Shown here in pieces: positions 38,511 through 50,884 of a DNA stretch of 64,000 bases. The stretch is from Octopus bimaculoides (taxonomy: Eukaryota). A program made the position numbers and the translations under genes. Position 1 is the stretch's first letter, and every line of letters starts with the position of its first letter. The stretch lies in NCBI RefSeq assembly GCF_001194135.2, contig NC_069005.1, forward strand, positions 11,008,026 to 11,072,025. The letters are read 5' to 3'. Below the pieces are notes generated by a model that was given only the letters and a program-made list of their open reading frames with translations, searched no databases and had not been told where the DNA came from.

Positions 38511-41500
38511 TATATTCACTTTGACTGAAATTCTTTCTCACAATTTGGAAATTTCTGTTTTCACTGTTAGCCATTGATTATGGCGATGCTGAGCATTACC
38601 ATCAATAGTCAATTAGTTTAACTTGACATTTAGATCCTTTGCTTGTCCTGTGCATCACATGATGCGCAGGACATATTTGTCTGGCATCCATACGTCATAT
38701 ACACATTCCCAATATTGTTTTCATCCACCAGAGTAACTTTAAGACTTTCTGAAAGGAAAATTATATATTACTCAGAATGTATGGAACCATGGCTACAGAT
38801 GTTTGAAAATGAGCATGGGCGTTTGACAACCCTATGAAAATGCTTTGCACAGGCAAAAGGTTAATGCCTTTCTGAGGGTGAGAACCTTACAGATAACGTT
38901 AGTTCATCCTCAGGGGCAATATCCTGGATATGAAGGAAACTTAGCTAATTCATTCTCCACTTGCTCGGGTTGATTTTAATACCTCTACTGCGAACGAACC
39001 GCTACCTGCGAGAAATAGCTGTCAAGATACCTCAGCATTTTGTTTCAAAAGATACGTTAAATAATGGATTTCTACACCTGGAAATGAAATGGGGTGGTCA
39101 CGGCTGGAAGACCTTTTGATTGTGCGTCCGTTTGATCAAGCGCCGCTTGAAAGCAACCATCAATCACCCTCGTCATTTCGCTGCTGGGCAGCATCTACGT
39201 TCTGCGTATCTCAGACAGGCCCCGACCTGTCTCTGGGTTGGCTTTTGTCTGAAATAAACAGAGGTGACGCTGAAGGTGGTGTGGGGGTGCATACAGTAAG
39301 CTGACAACTAAATCTCATTTGAGGACTGTCTGTTCTTTTGTGGCTGACACTTTGACCCGCTACTCGTCTTATATAAACCTTCTCCTCCCCGTTTAGCTCA
39401 ACGTGTTTGCCTGCTCTTTCTCTCTCTCCCCCCTTGGTGTTAGTGTGACAGTTCAGTGTCAACAGTATACGCCTTTTTCAGTTCAGGTCATCCCGTTTAT
39501 TTATTTATTATTATTATTTTTTATTATTCAGTAGACCCTCTATTATCATCGTAGGCTTTTCTGCCATCGTCTTGTTTCCAGGCAGTGTCTATCTACGGCT
39601 ACACTAGCCAACGTAGCTTTTTTTTCCTCTAATGATCTACTGGAGAGAAAGCTCCAGCGGATCGGGAGGGATGTCATGGGGAGAGATGAAGAATAAAACC
39701 ACAAATAGCAACAAAGCCAAAGAACATCGGTGGTGGTGGTGTGGAGGTAATACCTGGAATTTCGGCATTTTTATTGACTGGTTTGGATTTGATTGATATT
39801 TGCGATCACTCGTTCTTTCATCAGCTCTGTTTATAATTGAAATGCGTGGGTTAGCGACCTGGGGGCGTGGAGGATTGTGTTGGTAGAATTTCAACTCAAA
39901 CGCTAGAAATTTTTATTTCAAATACTCAATTTCTGAGAACAGTCTGACCTTCTAGTTTCTTCAAATCTGTAATCAACACCGATTTGAAACCTTTCTCACG
40001 CGACTTGCAGCCGTGTCTGTGTCCATCGCTATCATTTCAGAGAGAGGTGCGTTTTATTCTTGACACCAGAGTAATACTGACAAAAGAGTAACAGAATTTG
40101 ATTGATCATTACGATTGATCTCGACTTAAATAGGAAAGAAACCATTCTTTTAAGCACAACCATGAAAATTTGGGTGAGAGAGCCAGTCGATTACAGGGAC
40201 GCCAGTGCTCAACTGATATTTAGTTTATCAACCCCGAGAGGATGAAAGGTAAAGTTGACCGGTGGAATTTGAACTCGGAACATAAAGCAGGAAGAAATTC
40301 CGTGAGAAAAGAAATAATGTAAAGCCAGTGTTGTCCTCTATAGAATTCGAACTCGCATTGTAATCACTTGAATCATTTTCGTTTTTTTTTGTTTTTTTTT
40401 TCAAATCCCGTTGGCATTCATAAATTCATTCAATCAGCTATAGGTGTCCATCTATCCATCCGGTCAACCTTCTTTCCTTCTTAAAACTGAGCATGTTTAA
40501 ATGAAAGATCGATAAATGTTATTGCTAGAAAAAAAAAATAAAGATAAACATATGTAGATTGATCTGTGGGGAATGCCTCTGTCGACGTCTGCTTTAGAAT
40601 AACATTGCATAATGTTACAAATATAGATTACATGATAGGTGAGTGTTTAGAAGAAAAAAAAATGTTTTCTGGTGACAGTCGGCATTTAAAATTAAGATGT
40701 TTTCAAAAATTCGATGTCTCGTCTAATAAAGTATTGATGTGATAAACTCAGTTTTATCTAGATAAATACACATACGGACAGAGATGCGCGCACTGTCTGT
40801 GTATAAACGTATTTTTGTGGTGTTCTGTTTGCAGTCACCGCAGCGCAAAGCCAAGACAGCCGATCAGTGTTGACGAAATTCCTGGTATTTTCCCTGGCTT
40901 TGTCTTTGGTTTTGTTGCTGTTTTGTGTGTGTTTTGTCTGTCTGTCTGTCTCTCTCACTCTACCATAACGCCCACTCACTATTTCTCGTTGGTGCTCTCT
41001 CTCTCTCATTCCGTTGCCTTTTGTTGTCAGTAGAAAAAGGTGTCTCTATATATGTATAATGTATGTATATGTGCGCGCAAATTTATGCGTTTGTATATGT
41101 AGCTAGTAGATACTAAGAAGAGATTCTCTCGCTCTCTCTTATAAAAAAAACCTCCGTTTTCGATCTGCTAGAAATAGCAGCCAAATCTCTTAAATTCAAA
41201 CTGCCAGCATAAAACACGGGCAAATTTCATAATGTAGTCTTTGAAGATGACGTCTGAAAGTTAGATGGGATGGTCACACTGCTGGAAATCTATATAGGTC
41301 TATATCTTGTCTCTGTTACGAGACACAGAATATCCCTCTTTTGACGTTTCATTAATCGGCCAATTACGCTGTTCCTTATTCTTTCTTCCGGCCTCTCCTA
41401 CACACTCGACCTTCACTTTTCTCCATCTCAACAATAATTATTTTCGTGTCGCTGTTTCCATCCATCCATCCCTCCCTCGTTTATTTATCGTTGTCATAGT

Positions 41501-41989
41501 TTATGGTTTCTTCTCCGCCATTCTGTGTTTGGGTTTCATTACTTTACCCCATCCCCTTTTTATGTTATCCCTATTTCTTCTAATTTCCGACTGCCTCATG
41601 ATTTAATAATTCTTTCAATTTTTTTTCCCTGTAATTTTACCCTTTTAAAACCCTACATATATTTCTATTATTTCTCTCATTTTCTGTCTAAATTCTCCCA
41701 ATCTCCTATCGTCTCTGTCTCCCTCTCCCTCTTTCTTTGCTTACTCTGACGGTTTTTAATTCCTTTTAATTTCCCCTCCCCTTTCTCTCTCTTTCTCTCC
41801 ATCCTTTTCTGTTTACTGTTTCTTTTGCTCCTTTTCAGTTCAGTCTATCGCTTTCACCCTTTTTTCTCTTTGTCTCTTTCACCCTTTCTGTCTCTCCCTC
41901 CCTCCCTCCCTGATTTAACCATTCTCTCTTCGTGAACTCACCGTTATCTCCTCCTCTGCGTCTCTTACCTCCCCTCTTTGTTTCCCCCT

Positions 41990-42288
41990 CCCCCTTAAAA
42001 CCTCCAACGTTGCCATCGCGCTCACACTCACACTCACTGCTGCTGTGCTTGCTTGTACTGTGGTAAACTACTACTTCCGCCGTCTCCACCACCACCATTG
42101 TCAACCTGCTTTCTGTGTTGTGAGTTGTAGTGTTAGTACTATCGAGTGTGGTGGTGGTAGTGTCTGTCCCGCAGTAAACACAAAACAACACACAGACCCT
42201 CGTCTCTCTCTCTCTCTCTGTTAATTTCTGTTTTGTACTTCAATTTATTTCTTCAATGTAAAGCTCGGTTTGAGCAAAAAGCTCTAAG
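41990..42288 (+). promoter_or_regulatory. Candidate promoter / non-coding first exon of 4E-T
   Basis: CpG-retaining unique sequence (ccatcgcgctc, ETS-like acttccgcc) ending in a near-consensus donor AAG|GTAAGT at 42288/42289. The link to the 57066 acceptor (about 14.8-kb intron) and the start coordinate are inferred. Confidence 0.4.
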
Positions 42289-43499
42289 GTAAGTCATTAA
42301 ATGGAATCATCTATAATGGCAGTGTTATATATTCTTTCTATATATTCGGGAAACAATAAATGCACCACATGTCTTTGTGTCTGGTTGTATGTATATTTCT
42401 ATAAATAATTGCGTGATTATATATGTATATCTAGGGGTTTCTCTTTCTCTCCCCCACTTTCTAGAGATGTGTGTGTGTGTGTCTGTATATCCATGAAGTT
42501 GTATATGTAAATTATATACTGTTACAAACACGAGCCAACATGTATTCACTACATGGTGGTTCGACCTACTAGAAATGGCAGTTAAGTCCTTGCTCTGTTC
42601 TTAAAGAAAGCACACATTGAACAGTAATGCTGTCCTGGAAACTGAACTCCTTAGAGGGAATGGTATAGCTGGGTAGAAAAAGAGTAGCTACAGTTGAAAC
42701 TGATAAATATTACACAATCGAAGGCCGGCCTTGCAACACAAACGTATATTTACCATTTTATGTAACCCCACCACCACTTAGGAACATTTTACAAGCCTTA
42801 TTTGAAATTATATTTTGCGTGCTTCTGGTGTTCTTCAATGTTTGGGGTGGTTACAAATCAACTATTATAGCCTTCACTTCTCTCTGTGTCTCACAATTAA
42901 AAACAATGAAACCAAAAAATAACAGGTGTTTGTGTACATGTTTTAAAGCTCTATTGGATGTCTGTTGTTCGTGGTTAATTTGTTGCTGTTAGTTAGTAGC
43001 TGGTGAACCCTGATCGAGTTCACACCTCTGATCAAAAGGTATTCCAGCCATGCCCAACAGATCTGTCTCTCTCTCTCCTTAGTGAGTGAGCAGTGTTATA
43101 TGGAGATTTTGACTGCTATTCTTAGACCTTGCGACCACGTAGGTTGTTGGTTCCTAACATTCATTTGTCTCTCCGTGAGTGTAAACTAGTTTTGAATAAT
43201 TGTTAATGTGTTCGTGAGAATTTTCCCGTTTCAAACCGTTTCGCGTGTGTTCGGTTGGTACATAAATTAAGAGGTAAATTTGGTCTTAGATTTGGTCTAA
43301 AACGATGGATTCAAATAGTGTTTGGTAGTTTGAATACGAAATGTTGCTTTTATGTGTATTGTCAGTTGGTAAGGAATTATGACAACCCCTCCTCTCTCTC
43401 TTTTTTTTCTTCTGTCGCTGTGTTTTCTAAAATACACACGACTGCATGAATTTGTTTTTCTTTTACTTGAGCTGTCCAGTGTGTTCTCAACAGTATACG

Positions 43500-43790
43500 C
43501 ATACGTGCGCGCATGTATATATGTACATACACACACATACGCGCGCACGCACGCATATATATACACATTCACGCACAGTCGCACTCACTCGCATTCATTC
43601 ACTCACTCACTCTCACTCACTCATTCACTTACTCGCATTCACTCACTCTCGCACATTCACATTCATGCACACACGTTCTCTCTCGCACACACACACACAC
43701 ATTCACCCTCTCTCACGCACACACGCACACACACACTCACCCTCTCTCACTCGCACACATTCACTCATGTGCTCACACACACACACACTT
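43500..43790. repeat. Compound (CA)/(CT)/(CACT) microsatellite
   Basis: Directly visible; it generates the His/Thr/Ser-rich ORFs. Confidence 0.9.
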
Positions 43791-44440
43791 TACAATACAT
43801 ACCTTCACTTCGCTCGATGTACTAAGTTCTCTGTATCAAAGTTTGCAAGATGTAAAATATATTGTATATATTTTGTTTCTAACAATTACTATACGCGTAT
43901 TTGTGTGTATAAGTGTATATAATGTGTGTGGTGTTGAGTACGTGTATATAATATGTATGTGTATATATGTGCTGTCGTGTACAATGTGTATATGGACAGC
44001 TGGTAGAAACCGTTAGCTCTGACTGAATGTAAACGTGGACACGGTTAAGATAAAAATAAAGCTCTCACCGCTGTTTATATATTATTTCTTTGTCCTACAT
44101 CTTTTCCCATGTCTTTGTAGATATACTTTCTTCCAGTGTATAGAACCATACGTCCCTTACATAATTTTAACTGAGCTTTGTTGGCAGACTGTTAGGACAA
44201 AACTTTTTGCATTGACCAGGAATATAATCTAACACTCACAATGTGTGCGTATATAGACGGTGTGTATATATTCCCACTCATACACTATATATTGTGTATC
44301 TTTATTTTTTACATTACTGTGTACATGTGTGTGTACACTATCACGGACACTGTAAATACACTTCATAGACATCACACTCACACTCAGTGTAAATACATAC
44401 TCATAGACAATGTATATTACACACACACACTATATATATA

Positions 44441-44493
<53 letters not shown>

Positions 44494-46399
44494 NNNNNNN
44501 NNNNNNNNNNNNNNNNNNNNNNNNNNNNNNNNNNNNNNNNNNNNNNNNNNNNNNNNNNNNNNNNNNNNNNNNNNNNNNNNNNNNNNNNNNNNNNNNNNNN
44601 NNNNNNNNNNNNNNNNNNNNNNNNNNNNNNNNNNNNNNNNNNNNNNNNNNNNNNNNNNNNNNNNNNNNNNNNNNNNNNNNNNNNNNNNNNNNNNNNNNNN
44701 NNNNNNNNNNNNNNNNNNNNNNNNNNNNNNNNNNNCTCTCTCTGTTTTTTTTAAAAATTATTTTAAGGTTTAATTAGTATTTAATAGACTCGAGGCATGT
44801 TTGGTTACTGATAATTATTTGGTCGTTTACATCCCTCTCATTTTCCCATTAGTGTGATCATACGTATATATGTGTGTGTGTGTGTGTTTGTGGGTATTTA
44901 TAATTCTATATTTATTAGAAGGTATTGAAGCTACTGATGATGATAAAGGTAGAATACACTCAATATTTTCTGTTTACAACGAACGCCATTTCTTCAACCA
45001 TTCTTTTCTCTTTGTCTCCCCCACACACACACACACACTTCGTGTATCTCTCTCTTTGTTTTTCCCTTTCTTTCTTTGATGACATTCTCTGTCTCCTCCC
45101 ACCTCTCTTTTACTCTGTCTCTGTCTCTCCTGCCATTTTATGCTAAGTTTCGCATCTGTAAACGGGATATTGAAATCTTGCGAACATTTCAAGACTGTTT
45201 ATTTTGTTTTTCGTATATTAAAATCTATGTATATATATAAGCACGCACTCTCGAAGACTAAACAAAAGTGTCTGTGTGAGGATCTTTATATAAACACGCG
45301 CACCTCAATTTTTTTTTGTGTATATATAATATATATATATAAAACTGAATTTGTATTTATTTGAATATACGGCGAAGGGCTGCCTAAATATACAGTGTAG
45401 CAACTGTGTATATATATTTAAATATACAGTATAACTGTGCGTGTATAAATATTTAAATAACAGCTGAATGTGTGTGTGTATATACAGTATAACAGCTGAA
45501 CGTGTGTATGTATATATGTAATGTCTGTGACTGGCGGAATGATTTGATGTAATGTGTGTAGGCTTCTGCCATCTTTATCATTTGCCATGCAACGAGCCGA
45601 AGTTATCTCATTAACTGGTTCAAATCCAGTTGTGTGACCCATTATTAAAAGAAAAGCAAAAAACAAAAAATATATATGAGAAGCGTTTGACAACACCCCC
45701 CACGTCATCACAACTACCCACCACCCCTGTTGATTGATGGAGTGAAGAGTCCCAGTTGTAAGAAGTTACCAAGACACCGTTGACTACAAACAAGTAACAA
45801 GTGCCTATTAATAACTCATCCATTATTAGCATTGTTGTTTTATCGAAAACTCGGTGTTTGAATTCGTCTATCATATTACTAGCAATGACTTCTGTGAATT
45901 CTCTCTTTAAGTGTTGGTTGGTCTTGATGTTGTAGGAGAAAAAAAAAAAATTGGCATGTGTTTAGCCCCAGGTATTCCCTGAAGGAGCAGACGTATGATC
46001 AAAAACGTTCTCAGTTCAGCAGTGACGTAGCTTTTGTTTTTTAATTTTTATTCATACAGTAATTCAGTCATAGGGCTATATTATCAATTTTTTTTTTTTT
46101 TTACCATTTCCTGTAAAACGAGAGTATGATTTGGGTGCTGTTTTTACCAAGTCAATCCGAAATTCAAATGCATTGGTATTGGGGAACCTGTGAAAGCCAT
46201 GAACACTTGTTTTAGACCAAACTAGTGTTTGAAAAGTCGAGCAACTGTGTAGAAGCAACACTTTTGTTCAATTTGTGGGTGTTTGTCTTAGTCAGGAACC
46301 AGGTTTTGGGGAATTTATACCGTAGTCTGTGGTGTATTTCTCTTTCTTAAGATATTCAGAGAAGGAGGGACAGGACCTCTCATCAAATGGGTGATGTTG

Positions 46400-47500
46400 A
46401 TATTTTAATTTGAACACCAGTGGGGAAATGCGGGAGGACAAAGGGGAATGAAGAACTTGACAGTGTTCATTGCAGGTTTTTGGGAGACGAATTGCTGTGA
46501 AGGCAACTGAGGTAGGAAGAGGTCTTGCAGATATCTAGTTCTGAGAAGCTGAGGCCATTTCTGAGGAGAAATTACATCTGGAGGCAATGTTCTTTTCAAG
46601 CTTTATGCATGTAAGCACAAAAGGTTGCTTTGTATGTACCTAAATGGGGCACATAATTTTTATCACAAGAAAAAAATATTGTACATGATTTGTACTGCTA
46701 CCATTAAAAATATGGAGGGAACAGTTTTTGAGCTTGTGATTATAGTGTTGGTAAGTGCGAGGGGGTGCTGAAAATTTCCTGGTTTTAAGGGTATCATGAA
46801 AGGCCTGGTTGGAGGCCTTCAGAGTTCTTTTAGAGGGCTTAGAAAAATTGAACCACTGCAATAAGTGTGTGATTCTGAGAGGGGAATATATTGAATAAAA
46901 TTATAAATAACTGATCCTCCTATATTTTCTTTTACCCAAAGTCAGGAAATTTTCAGTACCCTCTTGTATAGCTTAAGCGGTTATGACTTGGTGTGGTTAG
47001 GCCAGCGTTTCTCATAGGGATGGGTCTTTGAGGATTAGAAAAGGGGGCAGGTGAATTACTGTTCTAATACAACAGTTTCCATGATTTTATTTATTTTGAA
47101 ACCTGTCAATCACAATGCTGAAGAAAGTTTTGTGGATTTAACATCTATTCCGTCTTAGAGTGAAGAAGATATAAAAAAAAAAGTCTAATTTTTTGGTGGA
47201 GCTGGTAGCTGTTGGCCTGAGAACTATTTGTCTAGGTGGTGTGTGTGTGTGTGTGGCAGTCTTATAGAAGTGTGGAGTAATTAGTGATGTGAGCTGATGT
47301 TGAGTAGGTGTTGGAAGTGTTTCTTGGCAATTAAGAATGCTAATCTATTTTGAAAATTTCATTATCAGTGGTTGTCATCCTGTATTCCCTTCACCTTCAG
47401 AAATTGTTCCCGGGACCACATTGATCTCTTTGTTCTTTTCTAAGATAGCTAGCTTGTGATTTGAGGGAGATCTGGCCTTTTTTTTTTTTTTTAACAAGTC
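46400..47500 (-). mobile_element. Highly decayed Penelope-like reverse transcriptase remnant
   Basis: Minus-strand LAILEKNKEINVVP (cf. LKxNKxIVIxPADKG) and TPHFYKT...PPRQIV (cf. PxFYxLPKxHKxxxPxRPIV), in the expected order; many stops. Confidence 0.4.
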
Positions 47501-49718
47501 TAGCAACCAAGTTTGGCTTTACGGTTTTGGTGATTACTATCTTGTTTTCTCATCACCCCAGCTTGGCATGGATTGGACAGGTTTAATTCATATTGTGCAT
47601 TCTGTGAACTAGTCATTTGGCTGTAGTTTTCTAATGGGCCAATCACTGGTCTGTAACTGGTGTGGGATAAAAAAAAAAAAAAAGATAGGTGTTTTATTTG
47701 AATGCACCAGTTTGTCTTTTCTCAGATATCCCTTTGCATGTGTGTGTATAAATTATATAAATCATTAAACATTCATTGTCCATAGGTTGGATGTGTGTGT
47801 GTGTGTATGAATTGTATGTATGGCAGATATGCTAATTTGTAGCTATTGCAGGAATTGTCGTGTGGCTGAAGTTTGCTTTGCAACTTAGATAGTTTTAAGT
47901 TCAGTCCCACTGTGGCAACATGGACTAGTGTCTTCTGTAGTTAGTTTCAGTCAGATGAAAGCCATGTCTGAATTTGTAAATGGAAACTGAAATGAGTGCC
48001 ATATTTAGATGTTTGTGTGTGTGTCTGTCAATCTATGTAAATATGTGTGCATGTTCGCATGTTAATGTCTCCCTGTCTTGACTGATAGTTGTAAACGAGT
48101 GCTGTCATCATACATGCAATGTCCTTCATTTCCTTTTGTCTGCGAAAGCGTCTGCCCTTGGGGGAAATATTACATGACTTGGAAACGGGTGAGGGTTGGC
48201 GACAATAGTATATGGCTGTAGGAAATCTGCCCCAGTGAATTTTGTCTGACCCATGCAAGCATGTAACAGGGGATGTTATAAGGTTATATAAAATAGATGA
48301 ATCACTGGTTTCATTAAATTCATTTGTTTTGCTCAAATGAATTAGTATGTAACTGGCTGAATATTCCACAGATACATGTACTCTTGATGTAATTTTCAGG
48401 TGGAATCAGCATGGCACATGCTATGTTCAAAGCTGTACCTTTCAATTACTGGTATAAACTGCCTGATGGGTGTTCATACAGTTTGTCTATTCAATTTTAC
48501 TTGCAAGGAATCAGTTGACCTGGGGCTATAGAAAGTGACGTTCCCAAGATATCACAGATTAGACTTGTACTTTGTGGAAAAGTAGATGTTAAAGGATAGT
48601 AATAACCTTACTTACCTTAAAAAACAAATTTTTTTTTTGGCTTTGTGCCCATGTTAGAAAAAAAACTATTATGATTAATGTAATGAGAAGATAGATGTAT
48701 TAACTGTGGCTTAGTGGTTAGGCTGTTGCATTACATGATTGTAAGATTGGGGTTTCGGTTCCTGGTCCGAGTGATGCAGTGTGTTCTTGAACAATACACT
48801 CCATTTCATGTTGTTCCAGTACACTCACCTGGCAAAAACAAGTAATCCTATGATGGACTAGTATCCCATCCAGGAGTGGTAGGGAATAAATACACCGTGA
48901 AATCTGAGAAACTGACCTTATGAGCCTGTGGCTCAGGAAGGACCTTTGATCCTTGGATTAATAATAATAATCTTATCAAAATTATTAGAACTTTTCATAA
49001 GGTGTGTACTGTTACTTTTGATTTCTTATGGGTTCTGATGTTTGAGGGTACTGCTTATATCCTCATTTTAATACCCACTTTTCCATACTTCCTTAGGTTG
49101 GATGAAGTTTATTGACTGTAGAAAATCTGTTTCCAAGCGAGCAAATATTTTCTTTATAGCTTGATATGTTTTTGCAGAATGTTGGACAAGAATGGCATTA
49201 ACTTAACAACAATCTCATATCAAGACAAGGAGTCACACATACAAACATGATCGGCTGCTTTCAGTTACCATCTACCGCATCAACTCGTGAGTCTTTGATC
49301 AGCCTGGGGCTATAGCTATATGCCCATGGTGCTGTGCAGTGGGACTGAACTCAAAACAATGCGGTTGGGAAGCAAACTTCTTAACTATACAGCCATACTT
49401 GTGCCTGTTTATAGTAGTCTATGTATTGTTTTCAAATTTTGGTACATGGCCAGCAATTTTTGGGAAGTGGGTAAATTGATTTACACCAAACTCCAGTGTT
49501 CAACTGCTACTTATTTTGACCCCAAAATGATGAAAGGCAATGTAGTCCTGGGTGGATTTTGAACTCGGAATGTAATGGATGAAATGCTGCCAAGCATTTT
49601 ATCCAGCACTCAACCAGTTCTGCCAGCTTACTGCTTTATGGTCGTCTATATATTCATATGGTTTGCATGACTGGGGTGAGTTGATTTTGTGTTTTTAACT
49701 CTGGTGAAATGTTTACAA

Positions 49719-50012
49719 CAGGGTTTCCCTACTGGGGTCCACATAAGCTTTAAGGGGGGTCAATGAGTAAGAAACTGTAATTTGTGGGTCCATATAGAAA
49801 TTTTGTTTACTCGAAGAGGTACCTGTATTTATTGAGATTTTCTAGATTTGTATTTGGAATTTATTTTATGACTATAAAGATTGTTTCATTGTTAGTTTTT
49901 ACTAACCTACAAACAAACATTTTATTTCAAATATTTACATGTGCATATATGGGGTCCACAGATAAGATAGCTCTCATGGGGTCCATAAACAAAATAAGGT
50001 TGGGAACCCCTG
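49719..50012. mobile_element. hAT/Charlie-type MITE
   Basis: CAGGGTTTCCC ... GGGAACCCCTG; TSD GTTTACAA/GTTTACAG (7/8); internal GGGGTCCA repeats. Confidence 0.75.
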
Positions 50013-50847
50013 GTTTACAGTGTCATTACCCTGTTTCAATCAGTTTAATCTTGGGTGTCTTATTCTTGGATGTGTCAACAGTATCCGACTAGATTTGAAA
50101 CGCAAACCAGTGAAGGACAATAATGCTCTCATCTAATGGGACCTACTGTGTATTGTATAGTTGTCTTGAAGTGACATGGATGAGTGGCTAGCATATTGTA
50201 TTACCTACTCATGGGGCATGAATTGAAATCTGAGCACCTGATTATGAGGGGGCAGGGTACTATCTACAATCCTTCACTTTTTATCTGGCTGTTAAAAATA
50301 GGCAACAGGTTTTCTGAGATACTTGATATACTGCAGTTTTATTCAATGAATAGACAAGTGTGGTATGTAGTAAGAAGTTTGCTTCTTGATCACACAGTTC
50401 TAGGTTCAGTTTCATATAGGTATGGAAAAGTGGATGTTAAAACGGTTATGATGAATGAGTTATATCTTTTATGTCATGCCATAAAACTAGAACTGAGCAT
50501 CCTCTCTCAAAGGTCTCTTAGGGCTAAAGAAGAGACAGCTCCTGTCCTCTGCATTTTTTCCTGTATGTGCATAGGATGGAATTAGTGTTGTTTAACCATG
50601 GAATGTATCTGGTTGAGTATACTATGATCTTGCCACTCTCTCCATCAACATTGTGTAACTTCAGTAAGTCTGATAGATTTTGTTTGAGCAGATGGAGAAC
50701 AAGAAGAGGCAGTCGATTGTTTGTACTTTGAGGGACATAGAGGCTAAATATCTGTCATACAGTGATTAGATGTATATGTGCAAAAGGTCAGTCAAAATCT
50801 TGTCGGATTGAAGACCCTTGCAGTAATAGTGGCTAAAACAGAAATGA

Positions 50848-50884
<37 letters not shown>

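Noticed and set aside
39089-39304. 71-aa ORF in CpG-rich sequence (also the 85-aa minus ORF at 39637-39894)
   Set aside because: No recognisable domain or consistent splice chain; better explained as CpG-retaining promoter-proximal sequence.
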